Shown here: positions 37,930 through 49,457 of the stretch, piece after piece
Position numbering within the stretch: the first letter of the stretch is position 1
Layout of the letters: every line of letters starts with the position of its first letter
NCBI GenBank assembly: GCA_046485285.1
Contig: JAWOHE010000089.1
Span: 1 to 64,000, forward strand
DNA from: a bacterium
Lineage (GTDB): Bacteria > Hydrothermota > Tepidihabitantia > Tepidihabitantales > Tepidihabitantaceae
Direction of reading: 5' to 3'
Length of the DNA stretch: 64,000 bases
Program-made: the position numbers and the translations under genes
The notes under the pieces: model-generated
The model's input: the letters and a program-made list of their open reading frames with translations, nothing else
Databases searched by the model: none
What the model was told of the DNA's origin: nothing

Positions 37930-38148
37930 ATGAGCACGGCGCGCGCACTCCTGCTGGCGCTGGTCCTCGAGGCGGCCGAGACGCCGGGACGGACCACTTT
38001 CCGCAAGCGGAAGTCGGACTATTTCGCGACACTCTTCCTCCTGCCGCAGGACTACGAGCTGTTCGGGCTGGTCGAGGCCGAGGACGGGCTCGACCTCCTG
38101 TGGCGGCCGACCGGCGCGCAGAGGCCGGCAGGGGCGGCCGGGCGATGA
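37930..38148 (+). CDS. Small hypothetical protein
   Basis: TTGACA promoter-like site upstream; stop overlaps the next ATG. Confidence 0.45.
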   Translation: MSTARALLLALVLEAAETPGRTTFRKRKSDYFATLFLLPQDYELFGLVEAEDGLDLLWRPTGAQRPAGAAGR

Positions 38149-38732
38149 GCGCGCCGCAGAAGTGCTGGCCCAAGCGGATCTTCTGCATCGAGGGCAACTG
38201 GGACGATAACCTCGCGACGACGAACTCGGTCCGGCCGGTGCTCGACCTGCTCGAAATCAACGCCGGGGTGAAGTACATCTACCGCGACTGCTCGACGCTC
38301 GAGGAGATCGAGTTCCTCGTCGACAAGTGGCGGCAGAAGGGCTACGGCGAGTACCGGATTCTCTACCTGGCGTTCCACGGCCGGGCGGGCGAGATCCGCA
38401 TCAGCGGCCGCGCCTGCCTGACGCTCGAGGCGCTGGGCGAGCGGCTGGACGGCCGGTGCCGCAACCGGCTGGTCTACTTCGGCGCGTGCTCGGTGCTGAG
38501 CGTGCCGGTGAAGCGGTTGCGGCGATTCCTCGACGCCTCGGGGGCGAAGGCGGTGTGCGGCTACAAGACCGAGGTCGACTGGATGAAGTCGACGGCGCTC
38601 GACCTCGTCGCGATGAGCGAGCTGCAGCGGCACGCGATGACCCGGGCCGGGCTGGCCGCGGCCGAAGCGGCAATCCGCCGGAGCACGCGGGCGCTGTCGG
38701 GCGAGCTCGGGTTCCGGATGCTCTACCACTGA
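38145..38732 (+). CDS. DUF6642-like protein with caspase/CHAT-like His-Cys motifs
   Basis: IFCIEG.W, LYLAFHG, VYFGAC, VCGY...VDW. Confidence 0.75.
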   Translation: MSAPQKCWPKRIFCIEGNWDDNLATTNSVRPVLDLLEINAGVKYIYRDCSTLEEIEFLVDKWRQKGYGEYRILYLAFHGRAGEIRISGRACLTLEALGERLDGRCRNRLVYFGACSVLSVPVKRLRRFLDASGAKAVCGYKTEVDWMKSTALDLVAMSELQRHAMTRAGLAAAEAAIRRSTRALSGELGFRMLYH

Positions 38733-38735
38733 GCG

Positions 38736-38963
38736 ATGGCGCGGCCGGTTAGGGACCCGGAGCAGGAGCGGGGCGAGCGCATCCTGCGCGAGATGGCGCG
38801 GCTCGAGCGGCGCCTGCCCGAGACCCGGTACTGGCGGTGGCTGCCCTGGCTCTTGACCGCGCTGGTGCTGTTCGCGATCCTGTTCGTGCTCATGTCCAAC
38901 ACCGAGACGTTCCGGCTGGCCTGGACCCGGCTGGCCCGGCCCGACTCCCTGCCCGGGCGCTGA
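38736..38963 (+). CDS. Small single-TM protein
   Basis: Hydrophobic stretch WLPWLLTALVLFAILFVLM. Confidence 0.55.
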   Translation: MARPVRDPEQERGERILREMARLERRLPETRYWRWLPWLLTALVLFAILFVLMSNTETFRLAWTRLARPDSLPGR

Positions 38964-39035
38964 ACCCAGGCCCGGCCCGGGCGGGTTCCCTGCCGCCGGT
39001 TCATTTGACTTGACTCGGCCGCAGGATATCCTGAA

Positions 39036-39132
39036 GGCGTTCAGGGGGCCTGAAAGACGGCCCTGCGGCTTGTCCGTCAAGCCGTCGTTTTCAGAGTCGT
39101 TTACCCGGCAACGGCGGTCGCTCTGAATCGCC
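39036..39132 (+). ncRNA. Candidate structured 5' leader RNA of the pruA operon
   Basis: Multi-stem fold directly after TTGACT-16-TATCCT. Confidence 0.35.
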
Positions 39133-39272
39133 GGAGTTCCCGGCGCAAGCGAAGCGCGCCCGAACGGGCCGCGCCGCGGCCGCGCGAGCTGTCCCCGGAC
39201 AGCAGCCCGGAGTCAATAATAGCCGTTGCGATAAGTTGAAGCCGTAAGCCTAACCTTATTGCAGGAGGCGCA

Positions 39273-40817
<1,545 letters not shown>

Positions 40818-40843
40818 GCGCGCACCCGGAGAGGAGCAAGCCA

Positions 40844-42193
40844 ATGCCGAAGCGCAAGCGCGTCATCATCGTCGGCGCGGTCGGGATGGACTACCACGTC
40901 TTCAACACCTGCTTCCGGGACCGCGAGGACCACGAGGTCGTCGCGTTCACGATGGCGGCCGAGCAGAACCTCGGGACGACCGGCGGGCTCCGGCCTTACC
41001 CACCGAGCCTGGCCGGCCGGCTCTACCCGAAGGGCATCCCGACGGTGTACGAGCACGAGCTCGGGCGGAAGGTCGCGGAGCTCGGGGCGGACGAGGTGGT
41101 CTTCGCCTACTCCGACGTGAACTACGTCTCGCTGATGAACTTGGCGGCCGAGGCGCTGGCGGCCGGGGCGGACTGGCGGCTGATCGCGCCGCGGTTCACC
41201 CAGCTCAGGGCCGGGAAGCCGGTCATCGCGGTCTGCGCGGTCCGGACCGGCTGCGGCAAGAGCCAGACGTCGCGGCGGGTCTACGAGGTCGTCCAGGGGC
41301 TCGGGCGCAAGCCGGTCGCGGTGCGCGAGCCGATGCCCTACGGCGACCTCGAGAAGATGGTCTGGCAGCGGTTCGCGAGCTACGAGGACCTCGACCGGGC
41401 CGGCGCGACGATCGAGGAGCGCGAGGAGTACGAGCCCTACGTCGAGAACGGGATGGTCATCTACGCCGGCGTCGACTACGCGGAAATCCTCCGGCGGGCC
41501 GAGGCCGAGGCCGACGTCATCGTCTTCGACGGCGGCAACAACGAGGTGTCCTTCTTCCGGCCCGACCTGCTCATCGTCGTCACCGACCCCCTGCGCGCCG
41601 ACCACGGCACCCAGTACCACCCGGGCGAGGTCAACCTCCGGATGGCCGACGTCGTGGTCATAAACAAGGAGGACTCGGCGACCAAGGCGCAGGTCGCCGA
41701 GGTCGAGCTGAATGCGCTCCACGTCAACCCGGGTGCGGTCATCGTCCACGCCGACTCGCCGCTCGAGGTCGCCGACCCGGCGGCGATCAGGGGCAGGCGG
41801 GTGCTGGTCGTCGAGGACGGGCCGACCGTCACCCACGGCGGGATGGCGTTCGGCGCGGGCCGGATCGCGGCCGAGCGGTTCGGCGCGGCGGCGATCATCG
41901 ACCCGCGGCCGTACGCGACCGGCTCGCTTCGCCGGGAGCTCGACCACTCGACGCACCTGACCGACGTCCTGCCGGCGATGGGCTACTCGAAGGAGCAGCT
42001 CACCGAGCTCGAGCAGGCGATCAACGCGGCGGACTGTCACGTTGTCGTGTCGGGCACGCCGATTGACCTCGGCCGCATCATCAAGGCCAACAAGCCGATC
42101 ATCCGGGTCCGCTATTCGCTCGCCGAGAAGAGCAGTCCCGACCTCGCGGCGCTGGTCGAGCGGAAGCTCAGGGAGCTCGGCGCGCTGAAGTAA
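40844..42193 (+). CDS. cDPGS-like P-loop ligase (arginine synthetase ArcE family), divergent N-terminal motifs
   Basis: YPP.LAG.LYPKGIP, AVRTGCGKSQT, PMPYGDL, TIEEREEYEP, DGGNN, EDGPT.THGGM. Confidence 0.85.
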   Translation: MPKRKRVIIVGAVGMDYHVFNTCFRDREDHEVVAFTMAAEQNLGTTGGLRPYPPSLAGRLYPKGIPTVYEHELGRKVAELGADEVVFAYSDVNYVSLMNLAAEALAAGADWRLIAPRFTQLRAGKPVIAVCAVRTGCGKSQTSRRVYEVVQGLGRKPVAVREPMPYGDLEKMVWQRFASYEDLDRAGATIEEREEYEPYVENGMVIYAGVDYAEILRRAEAEADVIVFDGGNNEVSFFRPDLLIVVTDPLRADHGTQYHPGEVNLRMADVVVINKEDSATKAQVAEVELNALHVNPGAVIVHADSPLEVADPAAIRGRRVLVVEDGPTVTHGGMAFGAGRIAAERFGAAAIIDPRPYATGSLRRELDHSTHLTDVLPAMGYSKEQLTELEQAINAADCHVVVSGTPIDLGRIIKANKPIIRVRYSLAEKSSPDLAALVERKLRELGALK

Positions 42194-42267
42194 CGCCGAG
42201 GCGGGGACAGCTGGGAAGCGAGCCCGGTCCGGCCCGGCCGGCGGCCGGTTCCCGCTGGCGCGCGGCG

Positions 42268-42759
42268 GTGACGGTCGTCGCGTGGCTGTTGATTCTCCAG
42301 GCCGGGTTCGGTGCGGCCGGCAGCGGCATCGAGTTCGCGCTCAGGCCCCTGCTCGTGCCGCCGGAGGCGCGGGCGCTCGACGTGCCGGGCGCGGAGGAGC
42401 TCGTCCCCGGCTACCGCGTCCTTTCGCCACTGGTCCGGCTGCTCGAGGCGTTGATCTGGGCCGGGCTGGCGTTCAATGCCGCGCTCCTCGCCGGCGCGGT
42501 CGGGCTGCTCCGGCGCCGGAAGTGGGGTTGGTACGCGGTCGTCGTGCTCCACATCCTCGCCGCGGGCGGGCTGTTCACGGTCCTGCCGACCGCGTTCGGC
42601 GGCGTCCTCGGGGTGGCCGCGCCTGGCGCCTCGCCGTTCCTGCCCTGGCTCCTGTCCGGCCTCGCGGTCCTGCCCGCGCTGGTGCTGATCGGTTTCCTCC
42701 TGCTCGACCCGGTCGTCGGCCAGTTCGAGGCGGGCGGCGAGCCCGCGCCGCCGGCTTGA
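42268..42759 (+). CDS. Membrane protein (about 4 TM)
   Basis: Hydrophobic segments, GLLRRRKWGW. Confidence 0.65.
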   Translation: MTVVAWLLILQAGFGAAGSGIEFALRPLLVPPEARALDVPGAEELVPGYRVLSPLVRLLEALIWAGLAFNAALLAGAVGLLRRRKWGWYAVVVLHILAAGGLFTVLPTAFGGVLGVAAPGASPFLPWLLSGLAVLPALVLIGFLLLDPVVGQFEAGGEPAPPA

Positions 42760-42791
42760 CTTGGCTGATGGTTCGGGCATAGTGACGTGCG

Positions 42792-44393
42792 ATGACACGG
42801 CTACCCGAGCACGAGTACTGCGTCGTCCGGGCGCTGGAGCCGGGCGAAAGCGTGGCCCTTGACGAACTGCTTCGGCGGATCGCCGGACTGGCGTCCGCCG
42901 ACGCGGCGCTGGTCGTCCAGTCGCTCTACCGGGACGACAGGAAGCTCAAGGACGCGGCGCTCGCGGACCAGGCGTACGTGATGGCGGGCGCGAAGGCCCT
43001 GGCCGACCGCGGGCTGCTGACCATCGCCGAGACGCCCGACGAGGAGTTGAGCCTGGTCGAGGACGGCGGGCTCGAGGTGGAGGAGTTCGGCCTGCCCGAG
43101 CGCCGGGCGCTGAAGAGGATTGTCGAGCACGGCGGCAAGGTGTCTTTCCAGGAACTGCCGCAACTGCTGGGCAAGGACGACGTCCGGTCCGAGGTGAAGT
43201 GGCTGACGAAGAAGGGCTGGTGTCGCCGGGACGCCGGCACGCTCGAGGCAACCGAGGCCGGACGGCAGACGCTGGGCTCGGTCGCGCAGGACGCTGATGA
43301 GCTCCTGCTGTGGGAGCTCCGTGACCACAACGCAAGGATGCTCACCTCTGAGGTCACGCGGGCGGACGTCAAGAGGGCGCTCGAGCTCCTGCGCGGCCGC
43401 GACGACATCCTGAAGAGAAGGAAGCGCACGAGGCGGACGCTGGCACTGACCGGGCTGGGAGCCGAGCTCAAGCGCGGTGGCATCGAGCCGGCGCAGGAGG
43501 TCAGCCAGCTGACCCCGGAGCTGCTGGTTTCCGGCAAGTGGCGGGAGGTCGTGTTCAAGCCCTACGACCCGAAGCTCGAGACCGCGCCGGCCTGGCCGGG
43601 CAAGGAGCACCCGCTCCAGCGGGTCATCCAGGAGACGCGACGGGCGTTCCTCGAGATGGGTTTCGAGGAGGTCGCGTCGCCGGCGATCGAGACCGAGTTC
43701 TGGGACTTCGACGCGCTGTTCCAGCCCCAGGACCACCCGGCGCGGGAGCTGCAGGACACCTTCTACATCGCCGAGCCGGCGCAGGGCCGCCTGCCGGCCG
43801 CCGCGATCGTCGAGCCGGTGCGGCGGACGCACGAGGACGGCGGTGACACCGGTTCGACCGGCTGGCGCTACCGCTGGAGCGCGGAGAAGGCGCGCAAGCT
43901 GGTGATGCGGACGCACACGACCGCGGCGACGATCCGCGCGCTTGCCGCGAACCCGCGGCCGCCGCGCAAGGTCTTCAGCATCGGCAAGTGCTTCCGGCGC
44001 GACGACCTCGACCAGACCCACCTGCCCGAGTTCATCCAGATTGACGGCATTATCATCGACGAGGACGCCAACCTGGCGACGCTGTTCGGCACCCTCGGCG
44101 AGTTCTACCGCAAGATGGGCGCGAGGGAAGTGCGGTTCCGGCCGTCGTTCTTCCCCTACACCGAGCCGAGCGCGGAGGTCTACGCCAACCTGCCGGGGCT
44201 GGGCTGGGTCGAGATGTGCGGCTCGGGTGTGTTCCGGCCCGAGGTGACCCGGCCGCTGGGTTGCGAGGTGCCGGTGATCGCGTGGGGCGGCGGGCTCGAG
44301 CGGGTGGCGATGATGCGCTACGGCCTCGACGACATCCGCCGGCTCTACTGGTCGGACGTCGACTGGCTGAAACGGAGCGAGCTGTGCCGGTAG
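42792..44393 (+). CDS. pheS: Phenylalanine--tRNA ligase alpha subunit, archaeal/eukaryotic type
   Basis: 533 aa with long N-terminus; FWDFDALFQPQDHPARELQDTF, RTHTT, FFPYTEPS, AWGGGLER. Confidence 0.95.
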   Translation: MTRLPEHEYCVVRALEPGESVALDELLRRIAGLASADAALVVQSLYRDDRKLKDAALADQAYVMAGAKALADRGLLTIAETPDEELSLVEDGGLEVEEFGLPERRALKRIVEHGGKVSFQELPQLLGKDDVRSEVKWLTKKGWCRRDAGTLEATEAGRQTLGSVAQDADELLLWELRDHNARMLTSEVTRADVKRALELLRGRDDILKRRKRTRRTLALTGLGAELKRGGIEPAQEVSQLTPELLVSGKWREVVFKPYDPKLETAPAWPGKEHPLQRVIQETRRAFLEMGFEEVASPAIETEFWDFDALFQPQDHPARELQDTFYIAEPAQGRLPAAAIVEPVRRTHEDGGDTGSTGWRYRWSAEKARKLVMRTHTTAATIRALAANPRPPRKVFSIGKCFRRDDLDQTHLPEFIQIDGIIIDEDANLATLFGTLGEFYRKMGAREVRFRPSFFPYTEPSAEVYANLPGLGWVEMCGSGVFRPEVTRPLGCEVPVIAWGGGLERVAMMRYGLDDIRRLYWSDVDWLKRSELCR

Positions 44394-46195
44394 TCGGGAT
44401 ACCGGTTGAGCGGCTGGCGCGGCTCGTCGGCCGCGCCGTGCCGCGGGAGGAGCTCCAGCACGCGCTCGAGCAGCTCGGCAACGACGTCGAGGGCTACGCC
44501 CGGGTGACGCGTCACGCCTGCGGCCGGTGCGGCGGGGTGGTCGAGCTGATGGAGCACGAGGAACTGCCGGCCGCCTGCCCTTCGTGCGGCGCCGCGGCGA
44601 GCCTCGGCGCGGTCGGCACCGACGAGGTCATCCGCATCGCGCTCCTGCCGGTGCGGCCCGACCTCTACGACGTCGCCGGGCTGGCGCGCGCACTGCGCGG
44701 CTGGTTCGGAGTCGAGACCGGCCTGCCGGCGTGGCCGGTGACCCAGTCCGGCTTCCGGGTCGACGTCGCGGCGGGAATGGCGGAGGTCCGGCCGTACATC
44801 GTCGCGGCGGTCGTGCGCCGGCTTGCGTTCGACGACGAGACGGTGCGGATGGTGATGAAGATGCAGGAGAACCTGCACTGGGCGCTCGGCCGGGACCGGC
44901 GCCGGGCGTCGATCGGCGTCTACGATCTCGCGACGGTCCGGCCACCGTTCCGGTTCCGGCCGGTCGGGCCGGACGAGCTCCGGTTTGCGCCGCTGTTCGG
45001 CCTGCCCGACGACCCGCGCGCCCGGCTGACCCCGCGCGAGGTGCTCGAAAAACACCCGAAGGGGCAGGCCTACGCGCACCTGCTCGCCGGGCTCGCGCGC
45101 TACCCGCTGCTCGAGGACGCCGACGGCCGGGTGCTGTCGATGCCGCCGATAATCAACAGCGACGAGACGCGAGTGACCCGGGCGACGAAGGACTGCCTGA
45201 TCGACGTGACCGGCCCGGACCAGCCCGCGCTCGATGCGTGTCTTGCGGTGCTGGTGACCGCGCTCGCCGAGCTCGGCGGGCGGATCGAGTCGGTCGCGGT
45301 GCGCTACCCGGGCGGCGAGGATGTCGCGACGCCCGACCTCTCGCCCCGGCCGCGGACGCTCGACCCGGCGGCCTGCGCGCGGGTCACCGGGCTCGCGCTC
45401 TCGGCCGAGGAGACCGCCCGGGCGCTCGAGCGGATGCGCTACGGCGCGCGCGCCGAGGACGGAACGGTGCGGCTCGATGTGCCGGCCCACCGCTCGGACG
45501 TGATGCACGACTGCGACGTGTTCGAGGACGTCGCGATCGGCCGCGGCTACGAGCGGATCCGGCCGCGGCTCGTGCCGACGATGACCGCCAGCCGGCCGCT
45601 CGCGCGCGAGGAGCTCGCGGCGCGGGCGCGGCGGGTGCTGACCGGGCTCGGGCTGTTCGAGGTGATGACGCTGGTGCTGACCAACGCCTGCGAGCAGTTC
45701 GAACTGCTCGGGGTGCCGGAGCCGGCGCACCCGGCCGTCGCGAACCCGCTAAACGTCGAGCAGGCGATGCCACGCGCGCACCTGCTGACCGGCCTGCTGG
45801 CGACTTTCCGCGGCAATGTCACCCGCGAGATGCCCCAGCGCGTGTTCGAGGTCGGCGAGTGCTTCGAGCTCGACCCGCGGGCCGAGACCGGGTGCCGGAC
45901 GATGCTCAGGGTCGCGGCCGGGGTCGCCGGCCCGCGGGCGGGGTTTGCCGAGGTGCGGGCGCTGGCCGCGGCGCTGGCGCGGGAGCTGTGCGCGGAGCCG
46001 GAGTTCGAGGCGGCCGAGCACCCGGCATACATCCCCGGCCGCTGCGCCCGCATCCTCCTGCCGCGGGCCGGCCAGCGCGGGCCGGCCGGGACGGTCGGGG
46101 AAATCCACCCGCAGGTGCTCGAGAACTTCGGGCTCGGCCAGCCGGTGGCGGTCTTCGAGCTTGACCTGTCTTTGCTGGAGGTGAACGATGCCTAA
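44384..46195 (+). CDS. pheT: Phenylalanine--tRNA ligase beta subunit, archaeal type with zinc-ribbon insert
   Basis: RPDL, QENLH..LGR.R...SIG.YD, SMPPIINS, R.DV.H.CD..EDVAI, GEIHPQVLENF. Confidence 0.93.
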   Translation: MPVVGIPVERLARLVGRAVPREELQHALEQLGNDVEGYARVTRHACGRCGGVVELMEHEELPAACPSCGAAASLGAVGTDEVIRIALLPVRPDLYDVAGLARALRGWFGVETGLPAWPVTQSGFRVDVAAGMAEVRPYIVAAVVRRLAFDDETVRMVMKMQENLHWALGRDRRRASIGVYDLATVRPPFRFRPVGPDELRFAPLFGLPDDPRARLTPREVLEKHPKGQAYAHLLAGLARYPLLEDADGRVLSMPPIINSDETRVTRATKDCLIDVTGPDQPALDACLAVLVTALAELGGRIESVAVRYPGGEDVATPDLSPRPRTLDPAACARVTGLALSAEETARALERMRYGARAEDGTVRLDVPAHRSDVMHDCDVFEDVAIGRGYERIRPRLVPTMTASRPLAREELAARARRVLTGLGLFEVMTLVLTNACEQFELLGVPEPAHPAVANPLNVEQAMPRAHLLTGLLATFRGNVTREMPQRVFEVGECFELDPRAETGCRTMLRVAAGVAGPRAGFAEVRALAAALARELCAEPEFEAAEHPAYIPGRCARILLPRAGQRGPAGTVGEIHPQVLENFGLGQPVAVFELDLSLLEVNDA

Positions 46196-46739
46196 GTGCC
46201 CGCATTGTGGAGAACCTTACCGCTACGGCCAGGAGAAATGCTACGCCTGCGGCGAGCCGGTCAAAGGCCGGGGTGGACGAGGCGCAGGCGCCGTCAACCC
46301 GCTGGTCTTCGTGGTCGCGGGCGGGCTGGTCCTGATCGCCGTGGTCGGCATCGTGCTGGTCTGGAACAACCGCCGGGAGGCGGCGCGGGAGCGGGCCGCC
46401 GAGATCGAGCAGCAGCGCGTGCGCGACTCGGTGCGCCAGGCTGATCTTGACCGGCGGTTTGCCCTGCGCCAGAGCCGGAAGGAGGAGGGTGTCGGGGCGG
46501 TGATCGCCGACCTCGAATACCGCCTGAGCCGGCTGACGAGCAAGGCCGACCGGGGCCAGGTATCGGCCGAGAAGGCCGAGCTTGTCAGCGAGGCCGAGCG
46601 CCGCATCAACGAGCTCAAGGTCCGGCTCGCGTCGATGGCGGGCAAGTTGGAGGTGGAGCAGGAGGCGGCCGCGGATACGGTCCGGGCCCAGGCGGTCGAG
46701 ATCCGTGACCTGCTCTCGAAGATCAGCCGGACGCGCTAG
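46188..46739 (+). CDS. Zinc-ribbon, TM and coiled-coil protein
   Basis: CPHCG..CYACG followed by a TM helix. Confidence 0.75.
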   Translation: MPKCPHCGEPYRYGQEKCYACGEPVKGRGGRGAGAVNPLVFVVAGGLVLIAVVGIVLVWNNRREAARERAAEIEQQRVRDSVRQADLDRRFALRQSRKEEGVGAVIADLEYRLSRLTSKADRGQVSAEKAELVSEAERRINELKVRLASMAGKLEVEQEAAADTVRAQAVEIRDLLSKISRTR

Positions 46740-46748
46740 CGCCCGGGG

Positions 46749-47255
46749 CTAGAACGGCGCGAAGCCGGCCGCGTTCCAGTAATCGTCACGCAGGAGCCGG
46801 GACTGGCGCTCGAGCGCCGCGGCGTGACCTTCCTCCCAGCGGACCAGCCTCTCGAAGAACTGCCTGAGCTCGGGGGAGGCGGCCCGGGCAGCGAGGTCGC
46901 GGTAGCGGGCGATGCTGGCCTCCTCGAGCTGGAGCCCGACCGAGAGCGCGGTCATCTCCCAGTGCGCCTCGCCGATGCGCGACCGGAGCTCGTCGGAGAA
47001 GATCGGGCTCGGGCCACCGAGTTCGGCGCCGGTATCGGATATGAGCGGCTCGGGCGGGCGCCCGGCGGCGAGCAGCCGGTACTGCTCACGGAGAAAGTCG
47101 AGGTGCCGGGCCTCCTCGACGGCGAGCATCAGGAAGACCTCGCTGCCCCTCGGGTCGGTGGTCCTGCCGGCGGCGGCCGAGTAGAACTGGTTGCCGGCCT
47201 GCTCGGCGAGCATCGCTTCCCGGATGCCGGCGATGATACCAAGATCGGTTTTCAC
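46749..47255 (-). CDS. Ferritin-like/rubrerythrin family protein
   Basis: E..G..FY, EEARH, E..SI..Y, WEEGH; AAGGAG RBS. Confidence 0.9.
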   Translation of the reverse strand: MKTDLGIIAGIREAMLAEQAGNQFYSAAAGRTTDPRGSEVFLMLAVEEARHLDFLREQYRLLAAGRPPEPLISDTGAELGGPSPIFSDELRSRIGEAHWEMTALSVGLQLEEASIARYRDLAARAASPELRQFFERLVRWEEGHAAALERQSRLLRDDYWNAAGFAPF

Positions 47256-47407
47256 GGCAGTCTCCTTCGGTTCGTCGTCACGCTGAGTCCGACCTGAGGA
47301 TAGGCGAATCGCGGCCGCGGTCAACGTCACCGCGCTTGACAGCGGCAGGCGGGGAGGGTAGCCTGTTCGAGCCGGGGGGCATGAGTCCCGCCCGGCGGGA
47401 GGCAACA

Positions 47408-48058
47408 ATGAGATGCTCTGTCCTCGCCGCACCGCTCGCGTTGGCGTTCGTGGTCGGCTGCGGGACGATGACCGCGGTCCGGCCACTGCGCGCGGGCGAG
47501 TCGGCGGCCGCATTGTCGCTGGGCGGGCCGGTCGCGCGGGTCGCCGGTTTCGACATCCCGCTACCCTACGTCACCGCCCGCTACCGGTACGGCGCCAGCG
47601 ACCGGCTCGGGCTCAGCGCCGGCTGGCACGTCACGCCGGCGGTTCTCGGAGTCGCGTCGTTCGACGCCGCGATGAGCTACGTCCTGCTCGACCAGCGCGG
47701 GTTCCTGCCCGCGGCCGGCGTCGCCGTCGGCGTCACCGCCCACATCGAGCCGGCCGGGCCGTCGCGGCTGTTTCCGAATCTCGACCTCGCGGCAGCCTGG
47801 CGCTACGGGGGCAGGTTCACGAGCTACCTCGGGATCCAGAGCATGTACCAGCTCAGCCGCGAACCCTATGCCGCCTTCGCGCCGCTGGTCGGCCAGGCGG
47901 TTGAATTCGGGCGGTTCGGGCTCGGCGTCGAGGCCAAGTGGTACGCGCCGACGGAGAACACCGAGCCGCGCCAGGTCGAGTACCGGATACCGATCGCCGG
48001 CAAGGGCGCGGTCGGCTTCGTGCTCGGCGCGGACTGGCGCTGGGGAGGTGCGAGGTGA
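47408..48058 (+). CDS. Hypothetical lipoprotein, beta-rich
   Basis: Lipobox VVGC; amphipathic strands, aromatic C-terminus. Confidence 0.7.
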   Translation: MRCSVLAAPLALAFVVGCGTMTAVRPLRAGESAAALSLGGPVARVAGFDIPLPYVTARYRYGASDRLGLSAGWHVTPAVLGVASFDAAMSYVLLDQRGFLPAAGVAVGVTAHIEPAGPSRLFPNLDLAAAWRYGGRFTSYLGIQSMYQLSREPYAAFAPLVGQAVEFGRFGLGVEAKWYAPTENTEPRQVEYRIPIAGKGAVGFVLGADWRWGGAR

Positions 48059-48954
48059 CGCGGCGGCTCGCGGTGCTCGCGCTGGCCGGGCTCGTCGTCG
48101 TCGCCTGCTTCAGGCTCGACAGCTTCCTGTTCCACCCGGACCGGCTCGAGCGCTACCTCGTGCCCGAGGACGTCGACGCGAACTGGCGCGTGCGGTTCGT
48201 CATCCCGGACTCGCTCTACGAGGAGGTCGAGCTCTCGAGCACGGGCGGCAACCGGATCTACGGGTTCTTCATCCGGCCGGCCGAGAGCGAGAGGGGGCCG
48301 TCGCTCGCGAACCGGACGACGGTCATCTACGCCCACGGCAACTGGCACTCGATCAACCGTTACTGGGGCCGGGCCGAACTGCTCTGGGAAGCGGGCTGCC
48401 GGGTGTTCATCTACGACTACCAGGGCTACGGCCGGAGCGAGGGCAGCCCGTCGGGCGCGGGCTGCTACGACGACGCCCGGGCCGCGCTCGACTACTGCCG
48501 GTCGCGGGACGACGTCGAGGACAGCATGATTGTCTTCTACGGCTGGTCGCTCGGAACCTTCATGACTTGCCACTCGGCCGCCGACCTCTGCCGCGATAGC
48601 GTCCCTTACCTCGGCGTCGTGCTCGAAACGCCGCTCGCCTCGATGTCGTCGATCGCCCGCGAGGGCGCGGTGCTCGACATCCCGGGCAGCTACCTGGCCG
48701 ACGCCGACTTCGACAACGAGTCGCGCATTGGCCGTATCGGAAGGCCGGTGCTGCTGCTGCGGGCCGAGTTCGACTCGTCGTCGGTCTACGAGCGCAACTC
48801 GAAGCCGCTGGTCGAGACCGCCCGGCGACGGGGCGTAGACCTCGAGGACCGGATGGTACCCGGCGCGGTCCACGACGACGTCCCGGAGGCGATGGGATAC
48901 GAGGCGTACCGGCAACTGGTGCGGGAGTTCGTCAGCTACTGCGCAGCGCGCTAG
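48055..48954 (+). CDS. Alpha/beta hydrolase lipoprotein
   Basis: HGN, DYQGYGRSEG, GWSLG nucleophile motif, GA.HDD. Confidence 0.9.
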   Translation: MTRRLAVLALAGLVVVACFRLDSFLFHPDRLERYLVPEDVDANWRVRFVIPDSLYEEVELSSTGGNRIYGFFIRPAESERGPSLANRTTVIYAHGNWHSINRYWGRAELLWEAGCRVFIYDYQGYGRSEGSPSGAGCYDDARAALDYCRSRDDVEDSMIVFYGWSLGTFMTCHSAADLCRDSVPYLGVVLETPLASMSSIAREGAVLDIPGSYLADADFDNESRIGRIGRPVLLLRAEFDSSSVYERNSKPLVETARRRGVDLEDRMVPGAVHDDVPEAMGYEAYRQLVREFVSYCAAR

Positions 48955-48978
48955 CGCTGAGCCGGCGGGCGGGACGGG

Positions 48979-49344
48979 CTAGAATGGCTGGCCGGTGCGC
49001 CGGTCGCGCAGCCACTTGAGCGCGGCGGCGTAGCGCGGGCTCTGGGCGGCCCAGTCGCGCAACTGGCGGCAGGGGAGCTCCGGGCAGTCAGAGCAGTGGT
49101 TGCGGCCGTGCTCGCTGGCACAGCACGCGAGAATCCAGCAGTCCGGGTTCCAGTGCTCATCGCGCGGGCCGTGACAGCCGGAACAGCGCACCTGCCCGGG
49201 CTCGACCTCGAGTTTGAGGTTGTCGCGGAACCATGCGGCGAGCCCTTTCTGCAGTTCGCGGTTGCCGGCCGCGGTCCGGAGCCGGCACTCACTGCAGTTG
49301 AGCCCGCAGCAGGCGATGGAATCGACCTTCTTCCGGGTCCTCAA
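48979..49344 (-). CDS. DUF3795 Cys-rich protein
   Basis: CCGLNCSEC, CSGC, C.I..C, HCSDC.ELPC. Confidence 0.85.
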   Translation of the reverse strand: MRTRKKVDSIACCGLNCSECRLRTAAGNRELQKGLAAWFRDNLKLEVEPGQVRCSGCHGPRDEHWNPDCWILACCASEHGRNHCSDCPELPCRQLRDWAAQSPRYAAALKWLRDRRTGQPF

Positions 49345-49457
49345 GACTTCTCAGTCGCGACCCGGTACGGGGGGTTGCAGACGCACGATATATGATAGCC
49401 CGGGCCGGGGCAATGTCCAATCGCCCTCCCCCTCGGCCGCCCCTGCGCCCGGCCGGG

